Of a DNA stretch of 48,324 nucleotides, positions 33,076 to 42,663 are shown one piece after another. The DNA is taken from positions 1 to 48,324 of the forward strand of contig JAKQHX010000034.1 in assembly GCA_029557815.1 (NCBI GenBank). Reading direction: 5' to 3'. The stretch is from a bacterium. Lineage in GTDB: Bacteria > Patescibacteriota > Saccharimonadia > Saccharimonadales > JAGQNK01. The translations under genes were made by a program, and so were the position numbers. Below the pieces are notes generated by a model. The model worked only from the letters and a program-made list of their open reading frames with translations, searched no databases and was not told the DNA's origin. Each line of letters opens with the position of its first letter. Position 1 is the first letter of the stretch.

Positions 33076-33807
33076 GTGGTAGATGACATCAAAGGCCTCG
33101 GAACTATCCTGGGTATCTGGGCACATCCGGACGATGAGACGTTTTCCAGTGGCGGTCTGGTTGCCATGGCCCGAGCGAACGGCCAACAGGTCGGCTGTAT
33201 AACAGCTACAAGGGGAGAAGGCGGCGTGTACCATCCTGACAAATGGCCGGCTGATAGGATTGCTCAAATCCGTACACAGGAGCTACAGGCCGCACAAGAG
33301 ATACTAGGCATCAATGAACACTACTGGCTGGATTTCGCTGACGGCACCTGCGCGGAGGCAGCCGACGATGAAGCCTTGGAGCACATTATGCCGATTATCA
33401 CATCCTTTCGACCGGATACGATTGTAACGTTCGCCTCTGACGGTGTTACCGGCCACGACGACCACAAGGCGGTGTCGCGCTGGGCCCGGTTGGCGGCCGA
33501 GCGGTCCGACCGACCGATTCGGGTTTTGTGCGCCGTCGTTTCAGCTGATGCCTACGAACACTATTTGCGTGCCATGGATAAAGAGCTGAACATCTTTTTC
33601 CATGTCGATCGGCCGAACCTGTATACAAAAGATGAATGCTATCTGGCACTGGCGCTGCCGGATGACATCTGTCAACAGAAGTGCAGCGCACTACAGGCTA
33701 TGCCGTCACAGACAGCGGATATGCTAAAAAAGTTTCCGGCTGAATACATGTGCCGGGCGTTCGCTGATGAGTATTTCGTACTGGCCGGCAATGAACACGC
33801 GGTCTAA
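33076..33807 (+). CDS. PIG-L/LmbE family deacetylase
   Basis: AHPDDE, TRGEGG, R..EL..A..ILG, GHDDH. Confidence 0.9.
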   Translation: MVDDIKGLGTILGIWAHPDDETFSSGGLVAMARANGQQVGCITATRGEGGVYHPDKWPADRIAQIRTQELQAAQEILGINEHYWLDFADGTCAEAADDEALEHIMPIITSFRPDTIVTFASDGVTGHDDHKAVSRWARLAAERSDRPIRVLCAVVSADAYEHYLRAMDKELNIFFHVDRPNLYTKDECYLALALPDDICQQKCSALQAMPSQTADMLKKFPAEYMCRAFADEYFVLAGNEHAV

Positions 33808-34328
33808 ATCGGTGTTTTCTTGAAACCGATCAGGTAACCTATGTAGCTGAACACGATATGCAGGCCAAAGTACAGCACACCGACGCGCACTACATCTGCC
33901 AGGGAAAGGTCGACGAATGGGGCGACGCACAGCAGGCCGCCGATGATGTAATCGATCTGGTCAAACGGAAACCACTTTTCGCCGGGCTTGATGCCTATTT
34001 GACGCTTGAAGAAGCTCTCGACAGCGTCGCCGACCAGTGCGCCAAAGCCCATTGCGGCGGTTGCCAATACAATAAAGGCCGTCGACTCGACGCTGCTGGT
34101 GATAACACGGTACTGGAGCAAGCCAACCAGGGCGGCTACGACCGCACCAAACACCAGGCCGCGCCAGGTTTTGTTGGTACCGAATACGCGTTTGCCTCTG
34201 TATGTTTTGCCGAAATCCATCGGAGTATCCCAGTGTTTGAGGCCAGGCAACCGGCATGCGAAGAGCGGACTGATATTGGCGATGCCGGCCGGCAAAAAGA
34301 ACCAAAATGCTGCCCACCATTCACTCAT
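33804..34328 (-). CDS. CDP-archaeol synthase (CarS)-like cytidylyltransferase
   Basis: PAGIANISP, PMDFG...GKRVFGTNKTWRG, GDAVESFFKRQIGIKPG..W.PFDQIDY, IGYLIGFK. Confidence 0.85.
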   Translation of the reverse strand: MSEWWAAFWFFLPAGIANISPLFACRLPGLKHWDTPMDFGKTYRGKRVFGTNKTWRGLVFGAVVAALVGLLQYRVITSSVESTAFIVLATAAMGFGALVGDAVESFFKRQIGIKPGEKWFPFDQIDYIIGGLLCVAPFVDLSLADVVRVGVLYFGLHIVFSYIGYLIGFKKTPI

Positions 34329-34986
34329 TGGGTGTTCCTCTGGTTTTCATTTTTTTGCGCAAGCGGTTGAGTTTGGGATAGAGCAAGGCGCGAACGCTTG
34401 GCCGGCCGGTCATCGGGATGCCATTATCCATAAGACCGAGCAATGTTTCCCGGGTGGGCAATTTGGCAACTGACGTGTATGTCGAGCCGAGCCCCTGGAA
34501 CCCGTGCGCATCGCTGCTGGCGGCTCCAATTTTGCCGTTTATCCGGGTCCACACGACAGCTTGCTCGCTTTTGTTTTGGAAGAATGCACGGCCGTTGCAG
34601 ACTTCGATAATATCGACATGGTCAACCAGTTCGTCCAGCACGGCCGGATGCATGCCTTTGCGAATGGTTTCGAACGGATGGGGGATGTAGACGATACCGC
34701 CTTGTTCTTTGATGCGTTTGATGGTTTCCTGAGGTGTCAGCCCAGGTTTGATAACTTCTCGTAGGAATAGACCGACAATTTCACCGGCAGTTGTCATGAT
34801 TTCCTCGCCGACGATTATGGCCTTACCGATTTTCTTCTGTAGCTCAAGCGCGAAGTCGATACGGTTATGGTCTGTTATGGCAATGGCGTCGAGTAATTTG
34901 GTACCAATAGCGCGTCGGTACTGGTCGGCAGTGATACCACCATCCGGTGAGGCGGTTGAATGGGTATGAAGGTCGACTTTATACAT
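34321..34986 (-). CDS. PHP domain phosphoesterase
   Basis: DLHTHS, ITDHN, GEEI, PHPF, SSDAH. Confidence 0.9.
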   Translation of the reverse strand: MYKVDLHTHSTASPDGGITADQYRRAIGTKLLDAIAITDHNRIDFALELQKKIGKAIIVGEEIMTTAGEIVGLFLREVIKPGLTPQETIKRIKEQGGIVYIPHPFETIRKGMHPAVLDELVDHVDIIEVCNGRAFFQNKSEQAVVWTRINGKIGAASSDAHGFQGLGSTYTSVAKLPTRETLLGLMDNGIPMTGRPSVRALLYPKLNRLRKKMKTRGTPNE

Positions 34987-35618
34987 CAGCTGAGCTTACG
35001 GGTTATTTTGATGAGCCGCTCAAACGCGGTGTAGGCAGACAATGCGGTGATGATGACGAGTATGGCACCAAGTTCATGTAAGAGCAGGCCAATGATGAGC
35101 AGGAACATGCGAACCTCAAAACGCCCCAAACCATCTTGGAACAGACGGTTGACCTGCGTAGCGGTCAGTTTGCCTCCGGCCACGGCGGTCTCGCCTTTGG
35201 CTTTGACGTAGCTGACGCATATACTGGCGCCGCACGCGGCAACTGCCCACACTGCCCAATATGCCTGGTCCATGCTCACGAGTGCGAAGGCTGTCCCGCA
35301 GTAGAGCAGAACTTCCTTCATGCGGTCAGTACTAGCATCGAGTAGCATGCCGGCATTGCCGGCTTTGCCCTGTAGTCTTGCAAGGGCACCATCCAATGCA
35401 TCGAATAAGCCGAAAAAAACAAGCAACAACGCTGCGTATCCGGAGTAACCCATGGCTATCAGCCAGGCAATCGGTATGTGCATGAACAAGCCCAGCAGGG
35501 TAATGAAGTTAGGTGTAATTCGGCCGCCACTGATGGCATGTAGGTGCTTCGCAGCCAGGTTCATGCATACCCGAACGGCATCGCGTATGGCGTCGAGGAC
35601 GGTGCTTAGCTGTTTCAT
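34986..35618 (-). CDS. CDP-alcohol phosphatidyltransferase (PIP/AIP synthase-like)
   Basis: TPNFITL, DALDGALAR-x8-G-x3-D-x3-DR signature, SYVKAKGE. Confidence 0.9.
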   Translation of the reverse strand: MKQLSTVLDAIRDAVRVCMNLAAKHLHAISGGRITPNFITLLGLFMHIPIAWLIAMGYSGYAALLLVFFGLFDALDGALARLQGKAGNAGMLLDASTDRMKEVLLYCGTAFALVSMDQAYWAVWAVAACGASICVSYVKAKGETAVAGGKLTATQVNRLFQDGLGRFEVRMFLLIIGLLLHELGAILVIITALSAYTAFERLIKITRKLS

Positions 35619-35691
35619 TGCGTATCATTATAATGTATTGGACTGATTTTGCCTTACCTCTGATGATTTCCAGAGCTGGTACAATAGGCGC

Positions 35692-36384
35692 ATGAGTACG
35701 AAGAAGGGGAAAGCGGTTACCCAACCACGTTACCAACGGCTGCTATATGCACTGATCGCCTCAAACAGTGTCACGTTGGTGCTGTTTTTGCTACGATCGG
35801 CCGAGTCGCAGACCGACCGGTATTGGTTCCTGGTCTGGAACCTCTTTCTGGCCTGGCTGCCGCTGTCTTTTGCGGTGTGGCTGGCCGTGCGACTGCGGAC
35901 GGCGTCCTGGCTGGCGTGGCAAAATATTCTCCTGACAGTACTGTGGTTGGGTTTTTTGCCAAATAGTTTTTATCTGGCGAGTGATCTTATCCACCTCCAT
36001 GAAACAGGGGAAGTAAGCTTGCTCTACGACATCGTCATGTTTTGCTCGTTCATTTTCAACGCCTACATCGCTGGTTTTATGAGTGTCTATACCATGCACC
36101 GGCAGTTGATTCGACGATTCGCTACCCGATGGGCGTATATGATGATAGCCGGTGTATTGTTGGCCTGTAGCTTTGCGATTTACCTCGGTCGTAGCCTGCG
36201 CTGGAACAGTTGGGACGTGTTGGTTAATCCGGCGGGCATACTTTTTGATGTATCGGATAGGGTCGTGAACCCGGCCGCCCATCCTCAGTCGTTCGTCACG
36301 ACCGTCACCTTTTTTCTACTGCTTATGAGTACATACGCAGTTGTCTGGGAACTGATACGGCTGCTTCAGAGTAACCGTAAGTAG
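35692..36384 (+). CDS. DUF1361 family membrane protein
   Basis: FLVWNLFLAWLP, WLGFLPNSFYLASDLIHL, IYLGRSLRWNSWD. Confidence 0.88.
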   Translation: MSTKKGKAVTQPRYQRLLYALIASNSVTLVLFLLRSAESQTDRYWFLVWNLFLAWLPLSFAVWLAVRLRTASWLAWQNILLTVLWLGFLPNSFYLASDLIHLHETGEVSLLYDIVMFCSFIFNAYIAGFMSVYTMHRQLIRRFATRWAYMMIAGVLLACSFAIYLGRSLRWNSWDVLVNPAGILFDVSDRVVNPAAHPQSFVTTVTFFLLLMSTYAVVWELIRLLQSNRK

Positions 36385-36417
36385 ATTAATCAGGCCATCA
36401 GGGGTAAAATAATCATA

Positions 36418-38085
36418 ATGAAAGATTTGTTAGCTCAGGCTGTGCAGGCAGCATGCAAAGATTTGTTCGATGTGGAAGTAGTCGCCGAGCTGACAAGGCC
36501 GGATGAACAATTTGGTGATTTTGCCACTAACGTCGCCCTACAGTTGGCTAAGCAGGTAGGCAAGAATCCTCGTGAAATCAGCCAGGCTTTGGCTGAAAAA
36601 CTGCGAGGACACGAACTTTTGGCTGATATCCAAGTCGCCGGGCCGGGCTTTTTGAATCTAAGGCTCTCTGACGAGACGTTGTTTAGGCTGACCTGCCAGG
36701 GGCGTCAAAAGCCCCTTGAAGGCAAAAAGATCATTGTTGAATACTCGGATCCGAATCCGTTCAAACCGCTGCACGCCGGACATCTCTACACGACACTGAT
36801 TGGCGATATGATCGCTCGTTTGGTCGAAAGTTCCGGTGCCGAGACGATCCGTATCAACTATGGCGGTGATGTGGGACTGCACGCTGGAAAGTGTCTGTGG
36901 GCAATCATCAAACACCTTGGCGGAGAGCTGCCTGAAGGGCTTGGCGAAATTGCTGAAGCGGATCGTCCGGCATGGCTCGGTGCACGGTACGTCGAAGGGA
37001 ATAGTGCCTATGAAGATGACGAAGCAGCAAAGCGGGAAATCATTGCCGTGAACAAGCGGGTGTATCAACTGCACGAGGCGGATGACCACGATTCGCCGTT
37101 TGCGCACATATATTGGACGTGCCGACAGTGGAGTTATGACTACTTCGCTGAGCTGTATAAGCAACTGCAAGTTACGGCATTCGACCGCTACATCCCTGAA
37201 AGTGAAGTAACGCCACTCGGCATTCGAACCGTTCAACGAGAGCTGGGAAACGGCGTTTTTGAAACGAGCGAAGGCGCGGTTATTTTTGACGGCGAACGAC
37301 TGGGACTGCATAAACGGGTGTTTATAAATTCGGAAGGTTTGCCAACGTACGAAACAAAAGACGTGGGACTAAGTCTGACGAAGTGGCAGGATTATACTTT
37401 TGACGAGTCGATTATCATCACGGCCAATGAACAGGCGCAGTATATGCAGGTTGTCATCGCTGCTATCAAACAGTTCGCACCAGAGCCGGCCGAACGGACA
37501 AGACATCTGACACACGGTATCGTAAAGCTACAGGGCGGAGTGAAGATGAGTTCTCGGAAGGGCAATGTGGTGACGGCACTCGAAATCCTCGATGCGGCCC
37601 GCCAAGCCGGTGCCGAAACTGGCACCGCCCCGGATGAACAGACAATTTTGGCGGCCGTAAAGTATGCCTTTGCGCGCAGTAGGATCGGCGGGGACATTAT
37701 CTATGACCCGAAAGAGTCAATCGCCCTGGAAGGCAATAGCGGCCCATACCTACAGTATGCCCACGCCCGTGCCCGAAGTATCCTTGCCAAAGCGCCTGAG
37801 CAAAAAGAGAGCTCGTCAATCGAGCTTGAAGCAGATGAACGAAGCTTGCTGCGCAAAATAGGTGAATATCCGGAAATCATCCAAAAGGCCACCCATGAAC
37901 TTATGCCTCACCACATCTGTACGTACTTGTATGAGTTAGCACAAGTGTTCAACCGGTTCTATGAAAAGAATCGGGTCATTGATGATGCGCGTCAGGACGT
38001 ACGGCTGCAGCTCGTGCGTACGTATGCAGACACACTGAAAGATGGCTTACAACTCCTCGGCATTCATGCACCAGACAGGATGTAG
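36418..38085 (+). CDS. argS: Arginine--tRNA ligase
   Basis: GDFATN, AGPGFLN, NPFKPLHAGH, KMSSRKG, GNSGPYLQYAHAR. Confidence 0.97.
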   Translation: MKDLLAQAVQAACKDLFDVEVVAELTRPDEQFGDFATNVALQLAKQVGKNPREISQALAEKLRGHELLADIQVAGPGFLNLRLSDETLFRLTCQGRQKPLEGKKIIVEYSDPNPFKPLHAGHLYTTLIGDMIARLVESSGAETIRINYGGDVGLHAGKCLWAIIKHLGGELPEGLGEIAEADRPAWLGARYVEGNSAYEDDEAAKREIIAVNKRVYQLHEADDHDSPFAHIYWTCRQWSYDYFAELYKQLQVTAFDRYIPESEVTPLGIRTVQRELGNGVFETSEGAVIFDGERLGLHKRVFINSEGLPTYETKDVGLSLTKWQDYTFDESIIITANEQAQYMQVVIAAIKQFAPEPAERTRHLTHGIVKLQGGVKMSSRKGNVVTALEILDAARQAGAETGTAPDEQTILAAVKYAFARSRIGGDIIYDPKESIALEGNSGPYLQYAHARARSILAKAPEQKESSSIELEADERSLLRKIGEYPEIIQKATHELMPHHICTYLYELAQVFNRFYEKNRVIDDARQDVRLQLVRTYADTLKDGLQLLGIHAPDRM

Positions 38086-38124
38086 CGTGCTATTATTGAT
38101 ATAAGGCAACTACAGGAGGCAGGG

Positions 38125-38547
38125 ATGGACTTACTCATTTTTCACCTAGGCAACGTAAACTGGGTAGCGGTGCTCGTGGCGCTTTTGCCGAGCTTCGTCA
38201 TCGGCAGTGTCTGGTATGCGCCGCCGGTTTTTGGTACATACTGGATGAAGGCATCGGACTTGAAGCAAAAGGATCTTGAGCAGGCAAACTTCCTGCAATC
38301 GCTCGCGATCACAACCGTTATGAACTTTGTAATGGTGACAGGATTGGCTGTACTGATGTCGGCTCTTGTATTTGACACTGTTCTGCAAGGCATGGTGCTT
38401 GGCGCACTCGTGTCGCTTGCGTTCGCGACCACAAGCCGGGGGGTGCATACGGCGTTTGAATACCGACCATTCGGCTTGGTACTGCTCAACGGCGCACACG
38501 ACGTACTGTTTTTGGCTACAGCCGGTGCAATACTAGGCGCTTTGTAA
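38125..38547 (+). CDS. DUF1761 family membrane protein
   Basis: NWVAVLVA...IGSVWYAPPVFGTYWM; four TM helices. Confidence 0.82.
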   Translation: MDLLIFHLGNVNWVAVLVALLPSFVIGSVWYAPPVFGTYWMKASDLKQKDLEQANFLQSLAITTVMNFVMVTGLAVLMSALVFDTVLQGMVLGALVSLAFATTSRGVHTAFEYRPFGLVLLNGAHDVLFLATAGAILGAL

Positions 38548-38562
38548 ATAAAGGAGAGTGAT

Positions 38563-38976
38563 ATGGCCCAAAAAAACACCAGTAAAGGCACAGCAAAGAC
38601 ACCAGCAGCTGCGAAGGCGGCAGCACGGGCGGCCCGGCTCAAAGAAACAAAAGCCGGCAGCGCCCTGAATGGGTTTATGGATTTCGTTCGCAAGCAAGGC
38701 GTCGTTGGCTTGGCGGTCGGTCTTGCTATAGGTACGCAGGCCGGTCTGTTGGTTAAGGATATCGTATCCAGTATCATCACACCGCTCGTGGATTTGTTGG
38801 TAGGCCCGGGTGGTCTCAAAGGCCTGACGTGGTACGTGAGTGTCGGAAATCGAAGCGCCACATTTGACTTCGGCCTGTTAATTGATTCACTCATCAAGTT
38901 CCTGGCCGTCGCATTGGTCATTTACTTCGTCGTTATGGGGCTGAGACTCGATAAGCTCGACAAGAGCAAAGACTAG
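38563..38976 (+). CDS. mscL: Large-conductance mechanosensitive channel
   Basis: FMDFVRKQGVVGLAVGLAIG...IITPLV...FGLLIDSLIKFL. Confidence 0.88.
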   Translation: MAQKNTSKGTAKTPAAAKAAARAARLKETKAGSALNGFMDFVRKQGVVGLAVGLAIGTQAGLLVKDIVSSIITPLVDLLVGPGGLKGLTWYVSVGNRSATFDFGLLIDSLIKFLAVALVIYFVVMGLRLDKLDKSKD

Positions 38977-38979
38977 CCT

Positions 38980-39381
38980 ATGCAGCTGACTGATGAAGAA
39001 TGGCGCAAACGTCTCACTCCAGAGCAGTATGCCGTGCTTCGCCAGAAGGCAACGGAAGCGCCGTTTTCTGGTGAACTGTTACATAACGAGGCGCCCGGAG
39101 AATACCGGTGTGCTGCGTGCGGCAACCTGGTTTTCAAGAGTGATGCCAAATATGCGTCAGCTGTACCTGGGCTTGCAGGCTGGCCGAGCTTTGCGGAGGT
39201 AGCCGATAGCGACGCGATTGTACTAAAGGGTGACACCAGTCATGGCATGCAGCGAATCGAAGCCATTTGCAAAAAGTGTGGCAGCCACCTCGGCCATTTG
39301 TTCGATGATGAGTCGTCGCCAACGAATAAACATTACTGTATAAATTCCTGCGCCCTTGATTTCCAGCAGACTAAAGGCTAA
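38980..39381 (+). CDS. msrB: Peptide-methionine (R)-S-oxide reductase
   Basis: LTPEQYAVLRQKATEAPF, GWPSF, HLGHLF, YCINS; two CxxC pairs. Confidence 0.95.
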   Translation: MQLTDEEWRKRLTPEQYAVLRQKATEAPFSGELLHNEAPGEYRCAACGNLVFKSDAKYASAVPGLAGWPSFAEVADSDAIVLKGDTSHGMQRIEAICKKCGSHLGHLFDDESSPTNKHYCINSCALDFQQTKG

Positions 39382-40111
39382 AGAATTCTTCCAGAGTAAC
39401 AGTATTGGTGCGTTTCATCTCGGCGGCCAGAGCTTTGCCAACATAGCGGAGATGCCACGGTTCATAGCGATAGCCGGTGACGGCTTCTTTGCCCTCCGGG
39501 TAGCGGATGATGAAGCCGTACGTATGGCCGTTGGTAGCGACCCATTTGCCTTCCGCCGTATTACCAAAACAATCCTCAATGCCGCAACCGCCACCACCGA
39601 TATCTATACCCAGACCGGTCTGATGTTCGCTGTGACCAGGCTTCGCACTTTGGGTGTCGGCGACTGCTTGGCCATACGTGGCGACTTCACGGGAGTAAAC
39701 TGTTTGCTGCGTATCATATGAGCGATAGCCGCTAAGCGGCTGCAGGTTGAGGCCTTCTGTGGCAGCGGCCTTGAACATCTCCTGGAGCGCGGCTACGGCA
39801 GCACGGCGCATAAGCTGGCCGTTTCCCGCGCTCATAAGGTCATTTGGGGCATATGTGATCGGGTTGAGTGGCCGGGATTTGTTCACGACTACCCAGATGC
39901 TGTCCGCCTCGTCTATCGAATACCTGCTTTTATCAAAAGCGGGCTTTTCTTTAGCGTGTTTCGTTTTGTGCGACGATTGCTCCTGCCTCGGCTCAGTTGT
40001 GTCTGTCCCGGGACTATCAGCCCGGATTCCAAACGCGACTACGCCGATAAATAGGATCGCAAGTATGATTGGGAAAAGCAGCGGCTTGAGTTTTTTTGAG
40101 CGAAGGGCCAT
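39371..40111 (-). CDS. M15 family D-Ala-D-Ala carboxypeptidase (VanY/LdcB-like)
   Basis: SGYRSY, SAKPGHSEHQTGLGID, YEPWHLRYVG; N-terminal TM; start moved to 40111. Confidence 0.92.
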   Translation of the reverse strand: MALRSKKLKPLLFPIILAILFIGVVAFGIRADSPGTDTTEPRQEQSSHKTKHAKEKPAFDKSRYSIDEADSIWVVVNKSRPLNPITYAPNDLMSAGNGQLMRRAAVAALQEMFKAAATEGLNLQPLSGYRSYDTQQTVYSREVATYGQAVADTQSAKPGHSEHQTGLGIDIGGGGCGIEDCFGNTAEGKWVATNGHTYGFIIRYPEGKEAVTGYRYEPWHLRYVGKALAAEMKRTNTVTLEEFFSL

Positions 40112-40168
40112 ACGACTAGTATATCGACAAAGCAGCGGTTTCCCCAAGGTGCGTTATAATAGCAGGCA

Positions 40169-40723
40169 ATGGCAGATACGAACACTATTCCGACAAGGTT
40201 GTTGTGGGTGGATTTGGAAATGACCGGGCTGGAGCCAACAAAAGACGTACTCCTGGAAGTAGCGGTCGAAGTAACTGATTTCAACTTCAAGACATTGGCA
40301 AGCTACGAAACACGTATCAAGCAGAAACGTGACATTGTTGTTGAGCGGATGCAAAAAAACATCTGGTGGCGCGATTTTCCTGGCAACCGGGATGATTTCG
40401 TCAATAAGCTGGATGAAGGCAAGCCTCTGGGTGAGGTCGAGCAGGACATGATAGCCCTGGTCGAAGAACACTTCAAGGACGAGCTGGCCGTTTTGGCGGG
40501 TAACTCGATTTATAACGACCGTTTGTTCATCAAGCAGTGGATGCCGGCACTCGACCTGAAGCTTCATTACCGCATGCTGGATGTCAGCAGTTTCAAGATC
40601 CTCATGCAGGGCAAACACGGTGAAGTCTTCGAAAAAGATTCCACGCACCGCGCCTTTGATGACATCCAGGCTTCCATCGCCGAACTGCAACATTATCTGG
40701 AGTGGTTCAAGAAAAATGCCTAA
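40169..40723 (+). CDS. orn: Oligoribonuclease
   Basis: WVDLEMTGL, LAGNSIYNDR, LHYRMLDVSS, HRAFDDI. Confidence 0.93.
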   Translation: MADTNTIPTRLLWVDLEMTGLEPTKDVLLEVAVEVTDFNFKTLASYETRIKQKRDIVVERMQKNIWWRDFPGNRDDFVNKLDEGKPLGEVEQDMIALVEEHFKDELAVLAGNSIYNDRLFIKQWMPALDLKLHYRMLDVSSFKILMQGKHGEVFEKDSTHRAFDDIQASIAELQHYLEWFKKNA

Positions 40724-41366
40724 GTTACGTGCCGTACTGCTCGATTTGGACGGTACATTACGTGACAGCAGAGAAGCAATTAATCCGGCGATTGAGCATG
40801 CACTCAAGGCGCATGGCATAGATGCCGAGCCGGCAGAAATTGCATCACATGCGCATAGTTTGGTGGCGGTTCATCAAGCGTTTGCCGCCGAGGTAGTCTC
40901 CTATGACGGCCTTGAGCAAGCATATGACGAAAAGCTAAAAGAACGGCTTGAGCACATAAAGCTGTACGAACATGTGCCAGAGACCTTGGGCTTACTGCGA
41001 GAGCAGGGGTTGCTGTTGGCGCTCGTAAGTTCTGCGCGTCGGGCGAGGGATGCGCTCGTGAAAGATGGCCTGATAGACTACTTCGATGCGGTAGTAGGCG
41101 GCTACGACACGGTCGAGCTGAAGCCACACCCCGAGCCGGTCGAGCTGGCGCTCGGTCAGTTGGCATGCAGACCGGAAGAGGCGGTCATGGTTGGCGATTT
41201 GGCGGCCGACATCACTGCCGGAAAGGCTGCGGGCGTTGCGGTGACCGTGGGGGTGACTCATGGCTTTGGCACCAGAGACATGCTCGTGGCAGCCCGCGCT
41301 GACTACATTATTGATTCGCTCGTTGAGTTACCTGGTGTTATTGCTACCGTTGGACAAAATCCATAA
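40716..41366 (+). CDS. HAD family hydrolase (phosphoglycolate phosphatase/PpaX-like)
   Basis: LLDLDGTL, KPHPEP, MVGD...DITAGKAAG; start 40716 overlaps the orn stop. Confidence 0.9.
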   Translation: MPKLRAVLLDLDGTLRDSREAINPAIEHALKAHGIDAEPAEIASHAHSLVAVHQAFAAEVVSYDGLEQAYDEKLKERLEHIKLYEHVPETLGLLREQGLLLALVSSARRARDALVKDGLIDYFDAVVGGYDTVELKPHPEPVELALGQLACRPEEAVMVGDLAADITAGKAAGVAVTVGVTHGFGTRDMLVAARADYIIDSLVELPGVIATVGQNP

Positions 41367-41435
41367 CCACACTTGCTCTGGCGGTAGTGAAGCGAAGTTG
41401 CGACAAGTGACTTTTCTTTGCTAAGCTGGCCGTAT

Positions 41436-41777
41436 ATGGATCACAAAACTATCGAAGAGTATGTGCTCGACATGCCTGATGCCAAACTGGAATACCCGTT
41501 TGGCGAAGGTGTTGCTGTCTATAAGGTGCACGACAAGATGTTTGCTTTGATTCAGGAAGGCAAAGAGCCGGTGCGCATCAGCCTCAAGTGTGATCCGGAG
41601 CTGTCAAAGGTCCTTCGCGGAAAATACACCGAAGTCATGGAAGGGTACCACCTAAACAAAAAGCACTGGAATACCATTGTGCTCAGCGGCCAACTAACAT
41701 GGGAAGAAATCCAGGGCCTAATCAGGCACTCCTACGACCTCGTTAGAAGCAAGGGAAAAGAGCAGCCCGAGAGCTGA
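41436..41777 (+). CDS. MmcQ/YjbR family DNA-binding protein
   Basis: YPFG...KMFAL...ISLKCDP...GYHLNKKHWNTI...LIRHSYDLV. Confidence 0.92.
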   Translation: MDHKTIEEYVLDMPDAKLEYPFGEGVAVYKVHDKMFALIQEGKEPVRISLKCDPELSKVLRGKYTEVMEGYHLNKKHWNTIVLSGQLTWEEIQGLIRHSYDLVRSKGKEQPES

Positions 41778-41889
41778 ATTCACTTCAGCCCCGGCGCGAT
41801 GAGAAAAACCGCTAGGTTTGTCTCATAAGGCGAAGCCGCCTAACATGGGAAGAAATCCAGGGCCTAATCAGGCACTCATACGATCTCGT
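41694..41889 (+). repeat. 50-bp direct repeat duplicating the 3' end of the MmcQ/YjbR gene
   Basis: 41694-41743 vs 41840-41889; first 38 bp identical, two mismatches in the remainder. Confidence 0.9.
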
Positions 41890-41902
41890 AGCAAAGTAAA
41901 GA

Positions 41903-42484
41903 TTAGAGTTCTGGATCGACACCGATGAGAATCGATGCGTTTTCGTACTGTGTCCGGAGGGTGTCTTTGAGGCTTTTGCTGATAGTTGTCTTGTACGCCG
42001 TATTGAGCTTTTTCTGGTAATCGACGAGTTCGGCTTGGATGAACTTGAGGTAGACTTCGTCAAAACGATTGTTTTGGGTTGCCTCGGTCAGCATCTGGTC
42101 GGTTTTGGCGTTTTTTTCTGCTTTTGGGACTTTTACTTTTTGGGCTTTCAGGGCGGTCGTAAGCGAGGACTGGTCACTGCGCAGGCTAAGCTTGGTAGTC
42201 ATCGCCAGGTTACGGGCTTCAATACCTTTGGCATCCTTGATGGCTACGTCTGATACGCGAATAATTTCATTTTGCTGGGCAGCGACAGCCAGCAAGTGGT
42301 CGGTATTGGTCGGACCGCCGCTAAACATCGATGCCGCTACAGAAATAATGATAATGAGAAGCAGGGCACCTCCTCCGGCAAACAAAGCAAGCTTTTTCTT
42401 GCTCAGTCCGGCACCGCCAAGCGGGCTCTTCTGTGGAGGTGGACTTGGGTTAGTGATGAAATCGTACTGGCTATTGGGTTCCAT
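41903..42484 (-). CDS. Hypothetical membrane-anchored helical protein
   Basis: Start MEPNSQYDFI (42484); single TM followed by an all-alpha domain. Confidence 0.7.
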   Translation of the reverse strand: MEPNSQYDFITNPSPPPQKSPLGGAGLSKKKLALFAGGGALLLIIIISVAASMFSGGPTNTDHLLAVAAQQNEIIRVSDVAIKDAKGIEARNLAMTTKLSLRSDQSSLTTALKAQKVKVPKAEKNAKTDQMLTEATQNNRFDEVYLKFIQAELVDYQKKLNTAYKTTISKSLKDTLRTQYENASILIGVDPEL

Positions 42485-42553
42485 GGTTCGCATACATTTA
42501 ACCACAAACGGGACGTTCACGGTAGAAGCAGAAGAACACTGAATGACAGTAAA

Positions 42554-42582
42554 TTGACAAAAAAGCACAAGCATGTTAGAAT
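42554..42582 (+). promoter_or_regulatory. Sigma-70 promoter with AAGCACAAGC spacer
   Basis: TTGACA-N17-TAGAAT. Confidence 0.78.
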
Positions 42583-42663
42583 CTAAACATTGGCTGAAAA
42601 ACAAAAATTGTACCCGAACCGGCCAGCCAAACAAACGGTTCGGATGAAAAGAATAATAAAAAC

